Assembly (NCBI GenBank): GCA_043818055.1
Contig: JBDRGF010000008.1
Span: 1 to 24,398, forward strand
From: Pseudomonadota bacterium
Lineage (GTDB): Bacteria; UBA10199; 2-02-FULL-44-16; JBDRGF01
DNA length: 24,398 nucleotides
Reading direction: 5' to 3'
Position numbers and translations under genes: made by a program. Shown in pieces: positions 16,413-24,398 of this stretch (the first letter of the stretch is position 1; the number at the start of each line of letters is the position of its first letter). Under the pieces are notes generated by a model, which was given only the letters and a program-made list of their open reading frames with translations, searched no databases and was not told the origin of the DNA.

Positions 16413-16754
16413 TTATGCTGCTGCGCCATAACTATAATGACGCCTTACCCCTTTGCTCGGATCGATCGCGCTCAGCGCGACCCGGTTTGCCTTTATCTGA
16501 TTTTTTGTCGCTGTCTTTTTCATAACGGCCAATATCCATGGTGTTCCCGCTGCGCGCCTTGCATCATCTTTATTAGCCTTTGCAACCTTTGTGCTTACTT
16601 CTTTTTGTTTATTCGCGATTGCCTGCTGTTTTTGGCTGGCCTCTTCAGCCTGTGATTCAAGCTTTGCGGCCTTCGCATCAGCATCAAGTTTTGAGCCGAT
16701 TCCTATTGCTGTCGATACTACCAGACCAACTAAGCTTACTATTGCTAAAAACAT
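16413..16754 (-). CDS. hypothetical protein (113 aa), N-terminal hydrophobic helix plus coiled coil, ends RRHYSYGAAA
   Basis: Start moved to ATG 16754 (MFLAIVSLVGLVV), preceded by AAGGAGGAGAAG; tandem TAA TAA stops. Confidence 0.88.
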   Translation of the reverse strand: MFLAIVSLVGLVVSTAIGIGSKLDADAKAAKLESQAEEASQKQQAIANKQKEVSTKVAKANKDDARRAAGTPWILAVMKKTATKNQIKANRVALSAIDPSKGVRRHYSYGAAA

Positions 16755-16802
16755 CTTCTCCTCCTTCAACCTTTCTCATTTTATTACTTTACCCAATTAA
16801 AG

Positions 16803-16830
16803 TATCGGATACGCACCCCCCGGAAGTTTC
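16803..16830 (-). promoter_or_regulatory. alternative-sigma (sigma28/ECF-like) promoter candidate
   Basis: Minus strand GAAACTT-N15-CCGATA, 48 nt upstream of ATG 16754; CCGATA resembles the FliA -10 box GCCGATAA. Confidence 0.4.
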
Positions 16831-16894
16831 GTCATTCTATAAATATTTTGATGGGTTAGGGGGTGAAGGCATCAGTGAGGTGGGGAGGGGAATA

Positions 16895-17000
16895 CGTGAA
16901 GCGTGAAGCGCAAAAACCCAATAAATAGCCCTTCCCCCTGAATGGGGGAAGGTGGCCGTAGGCCGGATGGGGGTGAGTTTTTCACCACATGCTACATGCG
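16895..17000. repeat. composite repeat cassette (GTGAAGC heptamers, palindrome, TACATGC heptamers)
   Basis: CGTGAAGCGTGAAGCGC, then GCCCTTCCCCCTGAATGGGGGAAGGTGGCCGTAGGCCGGATGGGGGTGAG, then CACATGCTACATGCG. Confidence 0.88.
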
Positions 17001-17048
17001 TTTTTTCCCCTTTGACTCTTTCATTCTCTTTTGATACCGACTCAATCC

Positions 17049-19661
17049 ATGTCTGGGGAACAAAATCTCACACCGATGTTGAAGCAATATCTCAAGATCA
17101 AGTCTGAACATGAGGACGCGATTCTCATGTTTCGTCTTGGCGACTTTTATGAAATGTTCTTTGATGATGCCAAGTTAGCCGCGGAGATCTTAAGCATAAC
17201 CTTAACCGCCAGAAACAAGAATGATGCCAATCCGGTTCCACTTTGCGGAGTTCCATATCACTCGGTCGATTCATATATCGCAAAGCTTTTAAATGCAGGA
17301 AAGAGGGTGGCGATCTGCGATCAGACTGAAGACCCTGCCCAAGCAAAAGGGATTGTTAAACGAGAGGTTACACGCGTTCTGACACCCGGTGTGATCACAG
17401 ATGGAGCTATTTTAAGTGCGCCTCATAGCAATTTTATTGCATCGTTGTATTCACCCCCACCCAGCCTCCCCCATCAAGGGGGAGGTGCCAGAAGCGTTGG
17501 GCTTTCGTGGGCGGATGTCTCGACAGGGGTGTTTCGATGCGCTCAGTTCGAAACCCTTTCAGAGGCGGTCTCTGAAATCGCTAGAATAGGCGCGAAGGAG
17601 CTGATCCTTCCAAAGTCGATCTCTAAAGATGAGAGAAAAGGGATAATCGAGGGGAGCTCAGGGCTTCTCATCACCGATCTCGATGAACGATACTACAATA
17701 TCGATGTGCTTCGCTCACTCGATGGCGCCTCTCAGGCGATAGAAACAAATCCCCTTTCCGCTAAAGCTGCAGCGGCTATTTATGCCTATGTGAGCGAAAA
17801 GCAGTGTGGGAGTCCGATTCAGATTGAACGGTTAGAATCGGTTTCAAAGAGTCAGACGATGCAGCTCGATCAGGCGACTATCCGTAACCTCGAGCTCACG
17901 CGAAACCTAAACGATTTTAGCAAGCGCAATACTCTGCTTCAACTTCTCGACAGAACAAAGACGGCGATGGGATGCAGGCTGATGGAGGAGTGGCTGCTCT
18001 ATCCGCTGACATCGAAGCCGGAAATCGAAAAGAGATTAGACGCGGTTGAGGCATTTTTCAGTTCAATGCAGACCCTGACTCAGGCGACCACGTTATTAAA
18101 AAGCCTCTCCGACCTCGAGAGGATATCGAGCCGCCTTCTCATCGGAAACGCAACGCCTCGTGATCTTGGCTCTCTCTCAGATTCTCTCGAAATAATTCCA
18201 AAGTTCAAAGAACTTCTCGCGACTCAAAATGGCTGGCTCAAAGAATTGGGAGAAGAGCTGGTACCACTTGAAGCGCTCAAAAACGAGATCTCCGCAAAGG
18301 TTGTAGAAGAACCCCCATATCTCATTTCACATGGCGGTGTGATCAGGGATGGTGCCGACTCGCTTTTGGATGAGCTGAGAAGTCTTAGCCGGGGAGGGCG
18401 CGATCGAATCGCATCCCTTGAAGAGGTGGAGAAAAAACGAAGCGGCATTTCATCTCTTAAAGTGCGCTACAACAAAGTTTTCGGCTATTATATCGAGGTC
18501 ACCAACGCCCACAAGGATAAGGTCCCTGTCGACTACATAAGAAAACAGACACTGGTGAATGCGGAGCGCTTCATCACGCCGGAGTTGAAGGAGTGGGAAG
18601 AAAAAGTGTTGGGTGCGCAGGAAAAAATTAAGGCAAGAGAAGAGGAGCTATTCTTTGAGCTTCGTGCGACATGCGCGAAACACTCAGCCGACTTGAAAAA
18701 GAATGCGATCATCCTTGCTAAGCTCGATGTGCTATCCGCGCTGGTGCAGGTCGCTATCGAGAGGAATTATGTAAAGCCGGTAATTACAGATGGGGATCTC
18801 ATAAAGATAAAGGATGGCCGACATCCCATAGTCGAGGCGAACAAGAGCTTAGAGCGCTTTGTCCCGAATGACACGCTCCTCGATGACCAGAAGAATCGCC
18901 TCCTTCTTATCACAGGGCCGAACATGGCAGGAAAATCGACGCTGATGCGTCAGGTGGCGCTCATCGTCCTCATGGCGCAGATGGGATCGTTTGTCCCGGC
19001 AAAGGCCTGTGAAATAGGCCTTACCGATCGCATCTTCACGCGCATCGGCGCCTCGGATGCCCTCTCGAGGGGGGAATCTACTTTCATGGTCGAGATGAGC
19101 GAGGCCTCGCAGATACTAAAACAGGCTACATCGAAGAGCCTCATCATCATCGACGAGATCGGACGCGGCACATCGACATTTGACGGACTCTCCATCGCAT
19201 GGGCTGTGGCTGAACATATCAACAACACGATCAAAGCGAGAACCTTATTTGCAACGCACTATCACGAGCTGACCGAGCTCGCAGTCAATCACCCGGGAGT
19301 TGTAAATTACAATATTGCAATCAAAGAGTGGAATAACGAAATCATCTTCTTAAGAAAATTCATCCCCGGTGCAACGCCACACAGCTACGGAATTCAAGTA
19401 GCAGCGCTCGCCGGCCTTCCAAAAAGCGTGATCGATAGATCAAAAGAGGTACTCAAAAATCTTGAAGAGGGTGAATTCGATGATACGGGAAGGCCGAGGA
19501 TCGGACATGGAACCTCCGTCGAAAATGCGATCGACCAGCTCTCACTCTTTACAAAAGCCACACCACATCCTGTCGTCGAAAAACTAAAGAAGATCGAACT
19601 AGACATCACCTCCCCGATAGAAGCATTGAATCTTTTGCATCTGTGGAAGAAAGAGGTGTGA
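17049..19661 (+). CDS. mutS: DNA mismatch repair protein MutS
   Basis: TPMLKQY, FRLGDFYEMF, Walker A TGPNMAGKST, STFMVEM, DEIGRGTST, FATHYHEL, SYGIQVA; start at ATG 17049. Confidence 0.98.
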   Translation: MSGEQNLTPMLKQYLKIKSEHEDAILMFRLGDFYEMFFDDAKLAAEILSITLTARNKNDANPVPLCGVPYHSVDSYIAKLLNAGKRVAICDQTEDPAQAKGIVKREVTRVLTPGVITDGAILSAPHSNFIASLYSPPPSLPHQGGGARSVGLSWADVSTGVFRCAQFETLSEAVSEIARIGAKELILPKSISKDERKGIIEGSSGLLITDLDERYYNIDVLRSLDGASQAIETNPLSAKAAAAIYAYVSEKQCGSPIQIERLESVSKSQTMQLDQATIRNLELTRNLNDFSKRNTLLQLLDRTKTAMGCRLMEEWLLYPLTSKPEIEKRLDAVEAFFSSMQTLTQATTLLKSLSDLERISSRLLIGNATPRDLGSLSDSLEIIPKFKELLATQNGWLKELGEELVPLEALKNEISAKVVEEPPYLISHGGVIRDGADSLLDELRSLSRGGRDRIASLEEVEKKRSGISSLKVRYNKVFGYYIEVTNAHKDKVPVDYIRKQTLVNAERFITPELKEWEEKVLGAQEKIKAREEELFFELRATCAKHSADLKKNAIILAKLDVLSALVQVAIERNYVKPVITDGDLIKIKDGRHPIVEANKSLERFVPNDTLLDDQKNRLLLITGPNMAGKSTLMRQVALIVLMAQMGSFVPAKACEIGLTDRIFTRIGASDALSRGESTFMVEMSEASQILKQATSKSLIIIDEIGRGTSTFDGLSIAWAVAEHINNTIKARTLFATHYHELTELAVNHPGVVNYNIAIKEWNNEIIFLRKFIPGATPHSYGIQVAALAGLPKSVIDRSKEVLKNLEEGEFDDTGRPRIGHGTSVENAIDQLSLFTKATPHPVVEKLKKIELDITSPIEALNLLHLWKKEV
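17451..17486. repeat. short palindromic element in frame within mutS
   Basis: TCACCCCCACCCAGCCTCCCCCATCAAGGGGGAGGT; hairpin CCTCCCCC-ATCAA-GGGGGAGG; resembles the reverse complement of the intergenic palindrome family. Confidence 0.8.
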
Positions 19662-19667
19662 AAAAAC

Positions 19668-19754
19668 CGCATGTGCCCTGATTACGTGAAGCGTCGGTCG
19701 AAAGAATAATATGATTTCCTCGCGCTTCACGCTTCACGGGTGGACGCTTCACGA
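19668..19754. repeat. GTGAAGC-heptamer interspersed repeat element (inverted copy of 1261-1347)
   Basis: 39-nt exact reverse-complement match plus a similar remainder. Confidence 0.9.
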
Positions 19755-19762
19755 CTTTTTAA

Positions 19763-19791
19763 TTGAACCCCACCTCTCCATATGTTAAATT
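19763..19791 (+). promoter_or_regulatory. sigma70-like promoter for the amidase gene
   Basis: TTGAAC-N17-TAAATT with a TG extension, ending 8 nt before ATG 19800. Confidence 0.45.
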
Positions 19792-19799
19792 GCCTCATT

Positions 19800-21557
19800 A
19801 TGAAAAATTACAATTTTAAACGACTTTTGGTCCTCTTTGCATTTTTGGCGACCCTTTTGGCTGTTCAGGCATACGCGGCCACCGATTCCGATTATTCGAT
19901 GGCCAAACAATGCTATGCTAAGCTGACTCCAAAGAGCCCCAGATCGAACTGGCTCGAGTGCCTCGATCTTTTCGGCCTTATCGCTGCAAACAGTGAAAAA
20001 GGAACTACCGCTCAGAACGCTACCTACACAGTCGCACGAATCAGGAAGGAATTATACGAGAAGGATAAGCAGAAGGATGACCTGTTGGAATCGATCGAGT
20101 TCTATAACCGCGTGGTGAGGGATTATCCAAAGGGAAACCTCGCCGATGATTCGCTGTTTATGATCGCAAATTTGAGATATGATTACCTGAACGAAAACGA
20201 GAAAGCCAAAAATGCCCTGGAAGCCTTGATTAAAAGATATCCAAACGGAGACAGGACAAAGGATGCGAAGGCCCTGCTCGCGAAGATCGGTGGTGGAAGT
20301 CAGGCAAGTGCCAAACTTGCTGCCAATACAACGGCGTCGAAATCTACCAAAGCCGCAGCGGTTGATATAGACGATGACGTTGAAAGAGTTGAAACCCGTT
20401 ACACGTCAGGAAGCGTTTCTAAAGGTGAGCTTGCGAATGCCAGAAAGCCGGCGACACTCCTCTCGATAGTGGAGGAGAGGGTCAGCGATGGTCAGTATAA
20501 TGTCATTCTCAACCTCGACCGCCCGACAGTCTATGAAACCCTCTTCACCCCCCCCGGTTTGAGAATCAACAAGTTTTCTGAACTCGATATGAAACTGATG
20601 AATACACGTTTGAACAAAGGACTCGTCAGAAATAAGAGGGTAAATCACTCGCGACTCAAGCAGGTTCGAATCGAAAAGGGTTTCTTTTCCGGAAATGCAC
20701 TCCTGGCGCTTCGTCTTGGAGATATGACAGCATACAAAACTTATTCGAAGGGAGATAAGATCGTAATAGCCCTCACAAAATATACAGGAAGCCCGTTCGA
20801 TATCGTACCTAAAAATGACAATGATAGTGCTGAACCTCAGGCAAAAGTGGGCTCAAAGGGGCGATCTCAGCTTAAAATTGTGATCGACCCCGGACACGGC
20901 GGAAAGGATCCGGGGGCGAAGAGTAAAAACGGGTTGATGGAAAAGGATCTCACCCTCGATATCTCGAAGCGGCTTGCCAAGGTTTTGAAAAAGAACCTGA
21001 ATGCCAAAGTCTGGATGACGAGAAGCAGGGATAAATATTTAACACTCGAGGAGAGAAATAAATTAGCAAGGGACAAAGAGGCGGATCTCTTCATCTCAGT
21101 TCATGTCAATGCCGCTAAGGATAAGAAACTCTCCGGCATTGAGACATATTATCTCAACAACGCCTCGGATGAGGCTTCGAAGCGGCTCGCCTCGAGGGAA
21201 AACGTCAATGCGGGAAAATCGCTCGATGAAGTGCAGCACATACTCTCCACAATGCTTCAGAATTACAGCGCAGAGGAATCGAAGTCATTAGCTACGAACA
21301 TCCACAAGGAGCTGCTCTCGGAACTCTCGCGCTCATACAAGGGTGTGAACGACCTCAATGTGAAGTCAGCCCTTTTCTATGTGCTGGTCGGAGCGAAGTG
21401 CCCCGGCGTGCTTCTTGAACTCTCCTTTATCTCCAATCCAACGGAGGAGAAGAGGTTGAAAAACAATGTTTACAAGAATCATCTGGTCAACGGTGTAGCT
21501 AAAGGTTTGACAAAATATGTGAACAAAAGATCGACTGACAAGGGGTCGGGTTTGTAA
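19800..21557 (+). CDS. N-acetylmuramoyl-L-alanine amidase (Amidase_3) with signal peptide and N-terminal TPR-like region
   Basis: IVIDPGHGGKDPGA, EKDL, LFISVHVNA, GIETY, LLELSFISN; YPKGNLADDSLF and YPNGD TPR-like turns; start at ATG 19800. Confidence 0.93.
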   Translation: MKNYNFKRLLVLFAFLATLLAVQAYAATDSDYSMAKQCYAKLTPKSPRSNWLECLDLFGLIAANSEKGTTAQNATYTVARIRKELYEKDKQKDDLLESIEFYNRVVRDYPKGNLADDSLFMIANLRYDYLNENEKAKNALEALIKRYPNGDRTKDAKALLAKIGGGSQASAKLAANTTASKSTKAAAVDIDDDVERVETRYTSGSVSKGELANARKPATLLSIVEERVSDGQYNVILNLDRPTVYETLFTPPGLRINKFSELDMKLMNTRLNKGLVRNKRVNHSRLKQVRIEKGFFSGNALLALRLGDMTAYKTYSKGDKIVIALTKYTGSPFDIVPKNDNDSAEPQAKVGSKGRSQLKIVIDPGHGGKDPGAKSKNGLMEKDLTLDISKRLAKVLKKNLNAKVWMTRSRDKYLTLEERNKLARDKEADLFISVHVNAAKDKKLSGIETYYLNNASDEASKRLASRENVNAGKSLDEVQHILSTMLQNYSAEESKSLATNIHKELLSELSRSYKGVNDLNVKSALFYVLVGAKCPGVLLELSFISNPTEEKRLKNNVYKNHLVNGVAKGLTKYVNKRSTDKGSGL

Positions 21558-21562
21558 AAAAT

Positions 21563-21623
21563 GTAGGGGCAACCCCCCGTGGTTGCCCTCTTAATAAGGG
21601 CAGGCACGGGGGCCTGCCCCTAC
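21563..21623. repeat. GTAG-family REP doublet
   Basis: GTAGGGGCAACCCCCCGTGGTTGCCC...GGGCAGGCACGGGGGCCTGCCCCTAC. Confidence 0.9.
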
Positions 21624-21685
21624 AAACTCAGAATAAGAAGCAGTTTCGACAAAACAGCCTTTACGAATATGTTAAAGAAAATTAA

Positions 21686-24184
21686 ATGAACCAGAAATTT
21701 CAAAATCTCTCCGACAATCTGACAAATGTAAGGACATGGTTTGCGGATGAAGTTAATCTTGGAGCCTCCCCAGATAAAATTCACGATGAATACGCCTCAC
21801 ACCTCGATAAGCTGCTGACTCATCTTTTCCCACAAAGTTTTACACATGATGTAGCGATAGTCGCACTCGGTGGCTATGGCAGACGGGAGATCACTCCCTA
21901 TACAGATATCGATCTCCTCTTCCTACACTCAGGTGTCGAAGGAAAAAAACTGGAAGAGTTAACACGCGCTATTCTCTATCCCCTTTGGGATAACCAGTTG
22001 CAGGCGAGCATCGTTACAAGGACGATAGCTGATTGTGAATTGATAATGAGAAAAGAGGTCAAAGCATTTACAGCTATGCTCGAAGGGCGATTCATACTGG
22101 GAAATAAGGATCTCTTCTATTCAATGAGCGAAACCCTCTCATCCAATTTCGATGATCGTAAAAAGAGAAGGCATTTTATAGAGTCAAAAATAAGAGAGAG
22201 GGAAAAGCGGCTCGGTCGTTTTGCAGTCTCTCAATATCTGTTGCAACCTAACTTAAAAGAGGGCGAGGGGGGCTTGAGAGATTATCACACGCTGCTCTGG
22301 GCGGCGCTCTCCTATGAGCCTTTTTTATCGCCAAAGGATTTGATCGATTCTCTTCCGCTTCCCAGGAGCGCAAAAAATGGATTGATTGAATCGATAAAAT
22401 TTCTCTGGCGCCTAAGACAACTCTTGCAGTCGACCGAATCGAAGCGCGAGGATCGACTCTCTTTCGAGAGACAATCGAATCTTGCTCAAAGATTAGGCAC
22501 TGAAAGAGCCGGGATGATGGGGGAATATTATCGCCATACCAGCAACATATCGTGGCTATGCGATGCGGTGCTCGACAGGTTTTTGTATATCGATAGCCTG
22601 AAATCCCGGATATACGCATTTCTACCGAAATTCAGCTGGAAGGGGATCAGGGTTACAGATCACCAGATCGATATCATCGATGAAGGAAAGTTCACCACAT
22701 CGAAAGAGTTGATAGATCTTTTCAATTACGCAAAAGATCATGGGTTAAAATTCTCTGTTGAATCTGAGCTCTTTCTTTCATCTCAGGCCGATCTATTTTC
22801 CCAATCAGATAAAAATATTATAACTTTATTCTCTTCACCCGTAGGGCTTCCCAATCTGATTTACATGATGAGACGAACTAATATTCTTTCAAAAATCTTT
22901 CCTGATTTCGAGGGGCTTTTGTATCTCCTCGAGGGTGGAGAATATCATTACCACACGACGGATGTTCACTCCATTCGTGCAATCGAGGCCTTTGATGAAA
23001 TTCTAAGTAAGAAGGGAAAGATAAACAACTCTCTCGCGCTGGCACTCGATTGCGTCTCGAACTTGAGAGTTTTGACGCTTGCTATCTTTCTACATGATGT
23101 TGGAAAGGGGCACGGAGGAAAACATGAAGAGGTAGGCTCGTCGATAGCGTATGAAACAGCATTGAGATTAGGATATTCTGAAAAAGAAGCCGGGAATGTG
23201 AAGTGGCTTGTCGCTTCGCATCTTCTCATGCCAAGGCTTGCCTTTCACAGGGATGTTTATGACACGCATCTCGTTGAGAACTTTGCAGAGAGCATCGGCA
23301 CCGATGAGAGATTGGCCATGCTCTACATCCTATCTTATTGCGACCTCAAAGCCATTGGCCCACACGTTTTAACCAGCTGGAAGGAATCTCTTCTGGCTGA
23401 TCTGTATTTTGTTACCTGGAAACATTTGAGTTTCGGATTTAAAAATCCAGTGAGGCTTAAAAATTCGATTCTTAAACATCATAAGAATCTTAAGAAACTT
23501 GCCGAGCCTATTCTTTCAAAGGAGATTGTCGAAGATCATATTGCGAATATGCCTGATAGCTATTGGTTGCGCTATTCACCGAATGAAATCTTAAAACATC
23601 TGAAGTTGATCGATGCGTTGAAGATTATTCCTGTGGCGGTTGAAAAAAGGGATATGGAGGGATCTCCCTGGTGTGAGGTGATCGTAGCCGCAAATGATTT
23701 CCCGGGACTTTTTTCGAGGCTGACCTCCACTTTGGCAAGTTTCGGTATCAACATTCTCGAGGCGCAGCTCTTATCTATAGGGAAGGGGATAGCTCTTGAT
23801 ATCTTAAAGCTTGAAGGTCACGGCAAGGATTGGCCCGATCTTTCCGATGCAATATCAAAACAGCTCATCTCACCTGATGCCGATCACGAAATCATCAAAA
23901 AGCGCCTACGAAAGGGCAAAAGGGGAGATGTTGCAAAAGTGACTTTCGATAACGATGTGACCCACGATGAGACGGTGATGGAGATCCACGTGCAGGACCG
24001 ACCGGGACTTCTCTACACGATCTCGACCCTATTGCATACACAGGGCTGTTCGATCAGAACTGCGAGGATATCGACCACTATTGACCAGGCTGTGGATATA
24101 TTCTATATACAAAGCCGCCATGGCAGCAAACTAACGCCCGATGAGCTCAAGCGGATAGAGAAGGTGCTCATAGAGGGCGTTTAA
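21686..24184 (+). CDS. glnD: [protein-PII] uridylyltransferase / uridylyl-removing enzyme
   Basis: VALGGYGRREI..TDIDL, PNLKEGEGGLRD, HD motif LHDVGKG, two ACT domains (DFPGLF, DRPGLL). Confidence 0.95.
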   Translation: MNQKFQNLSDNLTNVRTWFADEVNLGASPDKIHDEYASHLDKLLTHLFPQSFTHDVAIVALGGYGRREITPYTDIDLLFLHSGVEGKKLEELTRAILYPLWDNQLQASIVTRTIADCELIMRKEVKAFTAMLEGRFILGNKDLFYSMSETLSSNFDDRKKRRHFIESKIREREKRLGRFAVSQYLLQPNLKEGEGGLRDYHTLLWAALSYEPFLSPKDLIDSLPLPRSAKNGLIESIKFLWRLRQLLQSTESKREDRLSFERQSNLAQRLGTERAGMMGEYYRHTSNISWLCDAVLDRFLYIDSLKSRIYAFLPKFSWKGIRVTDHQIDIIDEGKFTTSKELIDLFNYAKDHGLKFSVESELFLSSQADLFSQSDKNIITLFSSPVGLPNLIYMMRRTNILSKIFPDFEGLLYLLEGGEYHYHTTDVHSIRAIEAFDEILSKKGKINNSLALALDCVSNLRVLTLAIFLHDVGKGHGGKHEEVGSSIAYETALRLGYSEKEAGNVKWLVASHLLMPRLAFHRDVYDTHLVENFAESIGTDERLAMLYILSYCDLKAIGPHVLTSWKESLLADLYFVTWKHLSFGFKNPVRLKNSILKHHKNLKKLAEPILSKEIVEDHIANMPDSYWLRYSPNEILKHLKLIDALKIIPVAVEKRDMEGSPWCEVIVAANDFPGLFSRLTSTLASFGINILEAQLLSIGKGIALDILKLEGHGKDWPDLSDAISKQLISPDADHEIIKKRLRKGKRGDVAKVTFDNDVTHDETVMEIHVQDRPGLLYTISTLLHTQGCSIRTARISTTIDQAVDIFYIQSRHGSKLTPDELKRIEKVLIEGV

Positions 24185-24195
24185 GGAGTAAAAAT

Positions 24196-24398
24196 ATGTT
24201 TTGGTATATCTTTGGAGGCCTGACATTTTTGATTTTAGTCTTAATAGCTGGCTATCTCTATTATCAGGACAGAAAATATCTCCATTCAAAGGTGAGCGAA
24301 GTCATGGGCGAAGATCTGAAAAAAGAGATAGAGGATGAGAGAGAAGAGGCACTAAAGAGAAAGAGTTCGTGGGAAGATGCCCTCAAATCCGCCCGCAA
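24196..24398 (+). CDS. small membrane-anchored hypothetical protein, 3'-truncated
   Basis: AAGGAG RBS; MFWYIFGGLTFLILVLIAGYLYYQDRK followed by a charged helix; open to the window end; absent from the track. Confidence 0.8.
   Translation, partial: MFWYIFGGLTFLILVLIAGYLYYQDRKYLHSKVSEVMGEDLKKEIEDEREEALKRKSSWEDALKSAR

Noticed and set aside
15562..16754. WXG100/ESAT-6 substrates, RebB R-body proteins, or a prophage remnant
   Set aside because: No WxG or YxxxD/E motif, no recognisable Reb motif, and no phage structural or integrase genes nearby; the resemblance to pilot proteins is architectural only.
13321..17000. CRISPR array or integron attC array
   Set aside because: The repeats are irregularly spaced and separated by whole genes, with no constant spacers, no RYYYAAC/GTTRRRY core sites seen, and no cas or integrase gene.

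Overview
Bacterial chromosomal window made up mostly of + strand housekeeping genes. The synteny looks deltaproteobacterial (inference): HAD phosphatase-larE-larB; pyruvoyl arginine decarboxylase-speB; an M16 peptidase pair; argS-SPOR protein-lepA-lepB; mutS-amidase-glnD. Two minus-strand orphan loci stand out. (1) At 1-1196, two apparently paralogous unknown genes each carry their own sigma54-type -24/-12 promoter; the first gene is missing from the ORF track. (2) At 14535-16754, between lepB and mutS, lie a 251-aa orphan and an operon of three small proteins with a hydrophobic N-terminus and a coiled-coil-like body. All three end in the same motif, R-x4-Y-G-x3-stop, making this the best candidate for an undescribed system. 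An unannotated 41-aa Lys-rich gene with a strong promoter and terminator sits directly upstream of the polyamine genes. Intergenic spaces are filled with several short palindromic or tandem-repeat families that nest inside one another, and two such elements lie in frame within coding sequences (the M16 subunit signal peptide and a MutS loop). No tRNA, rRNA, CRISPR array or transposase was seen. All calls are by eye, without database searches.
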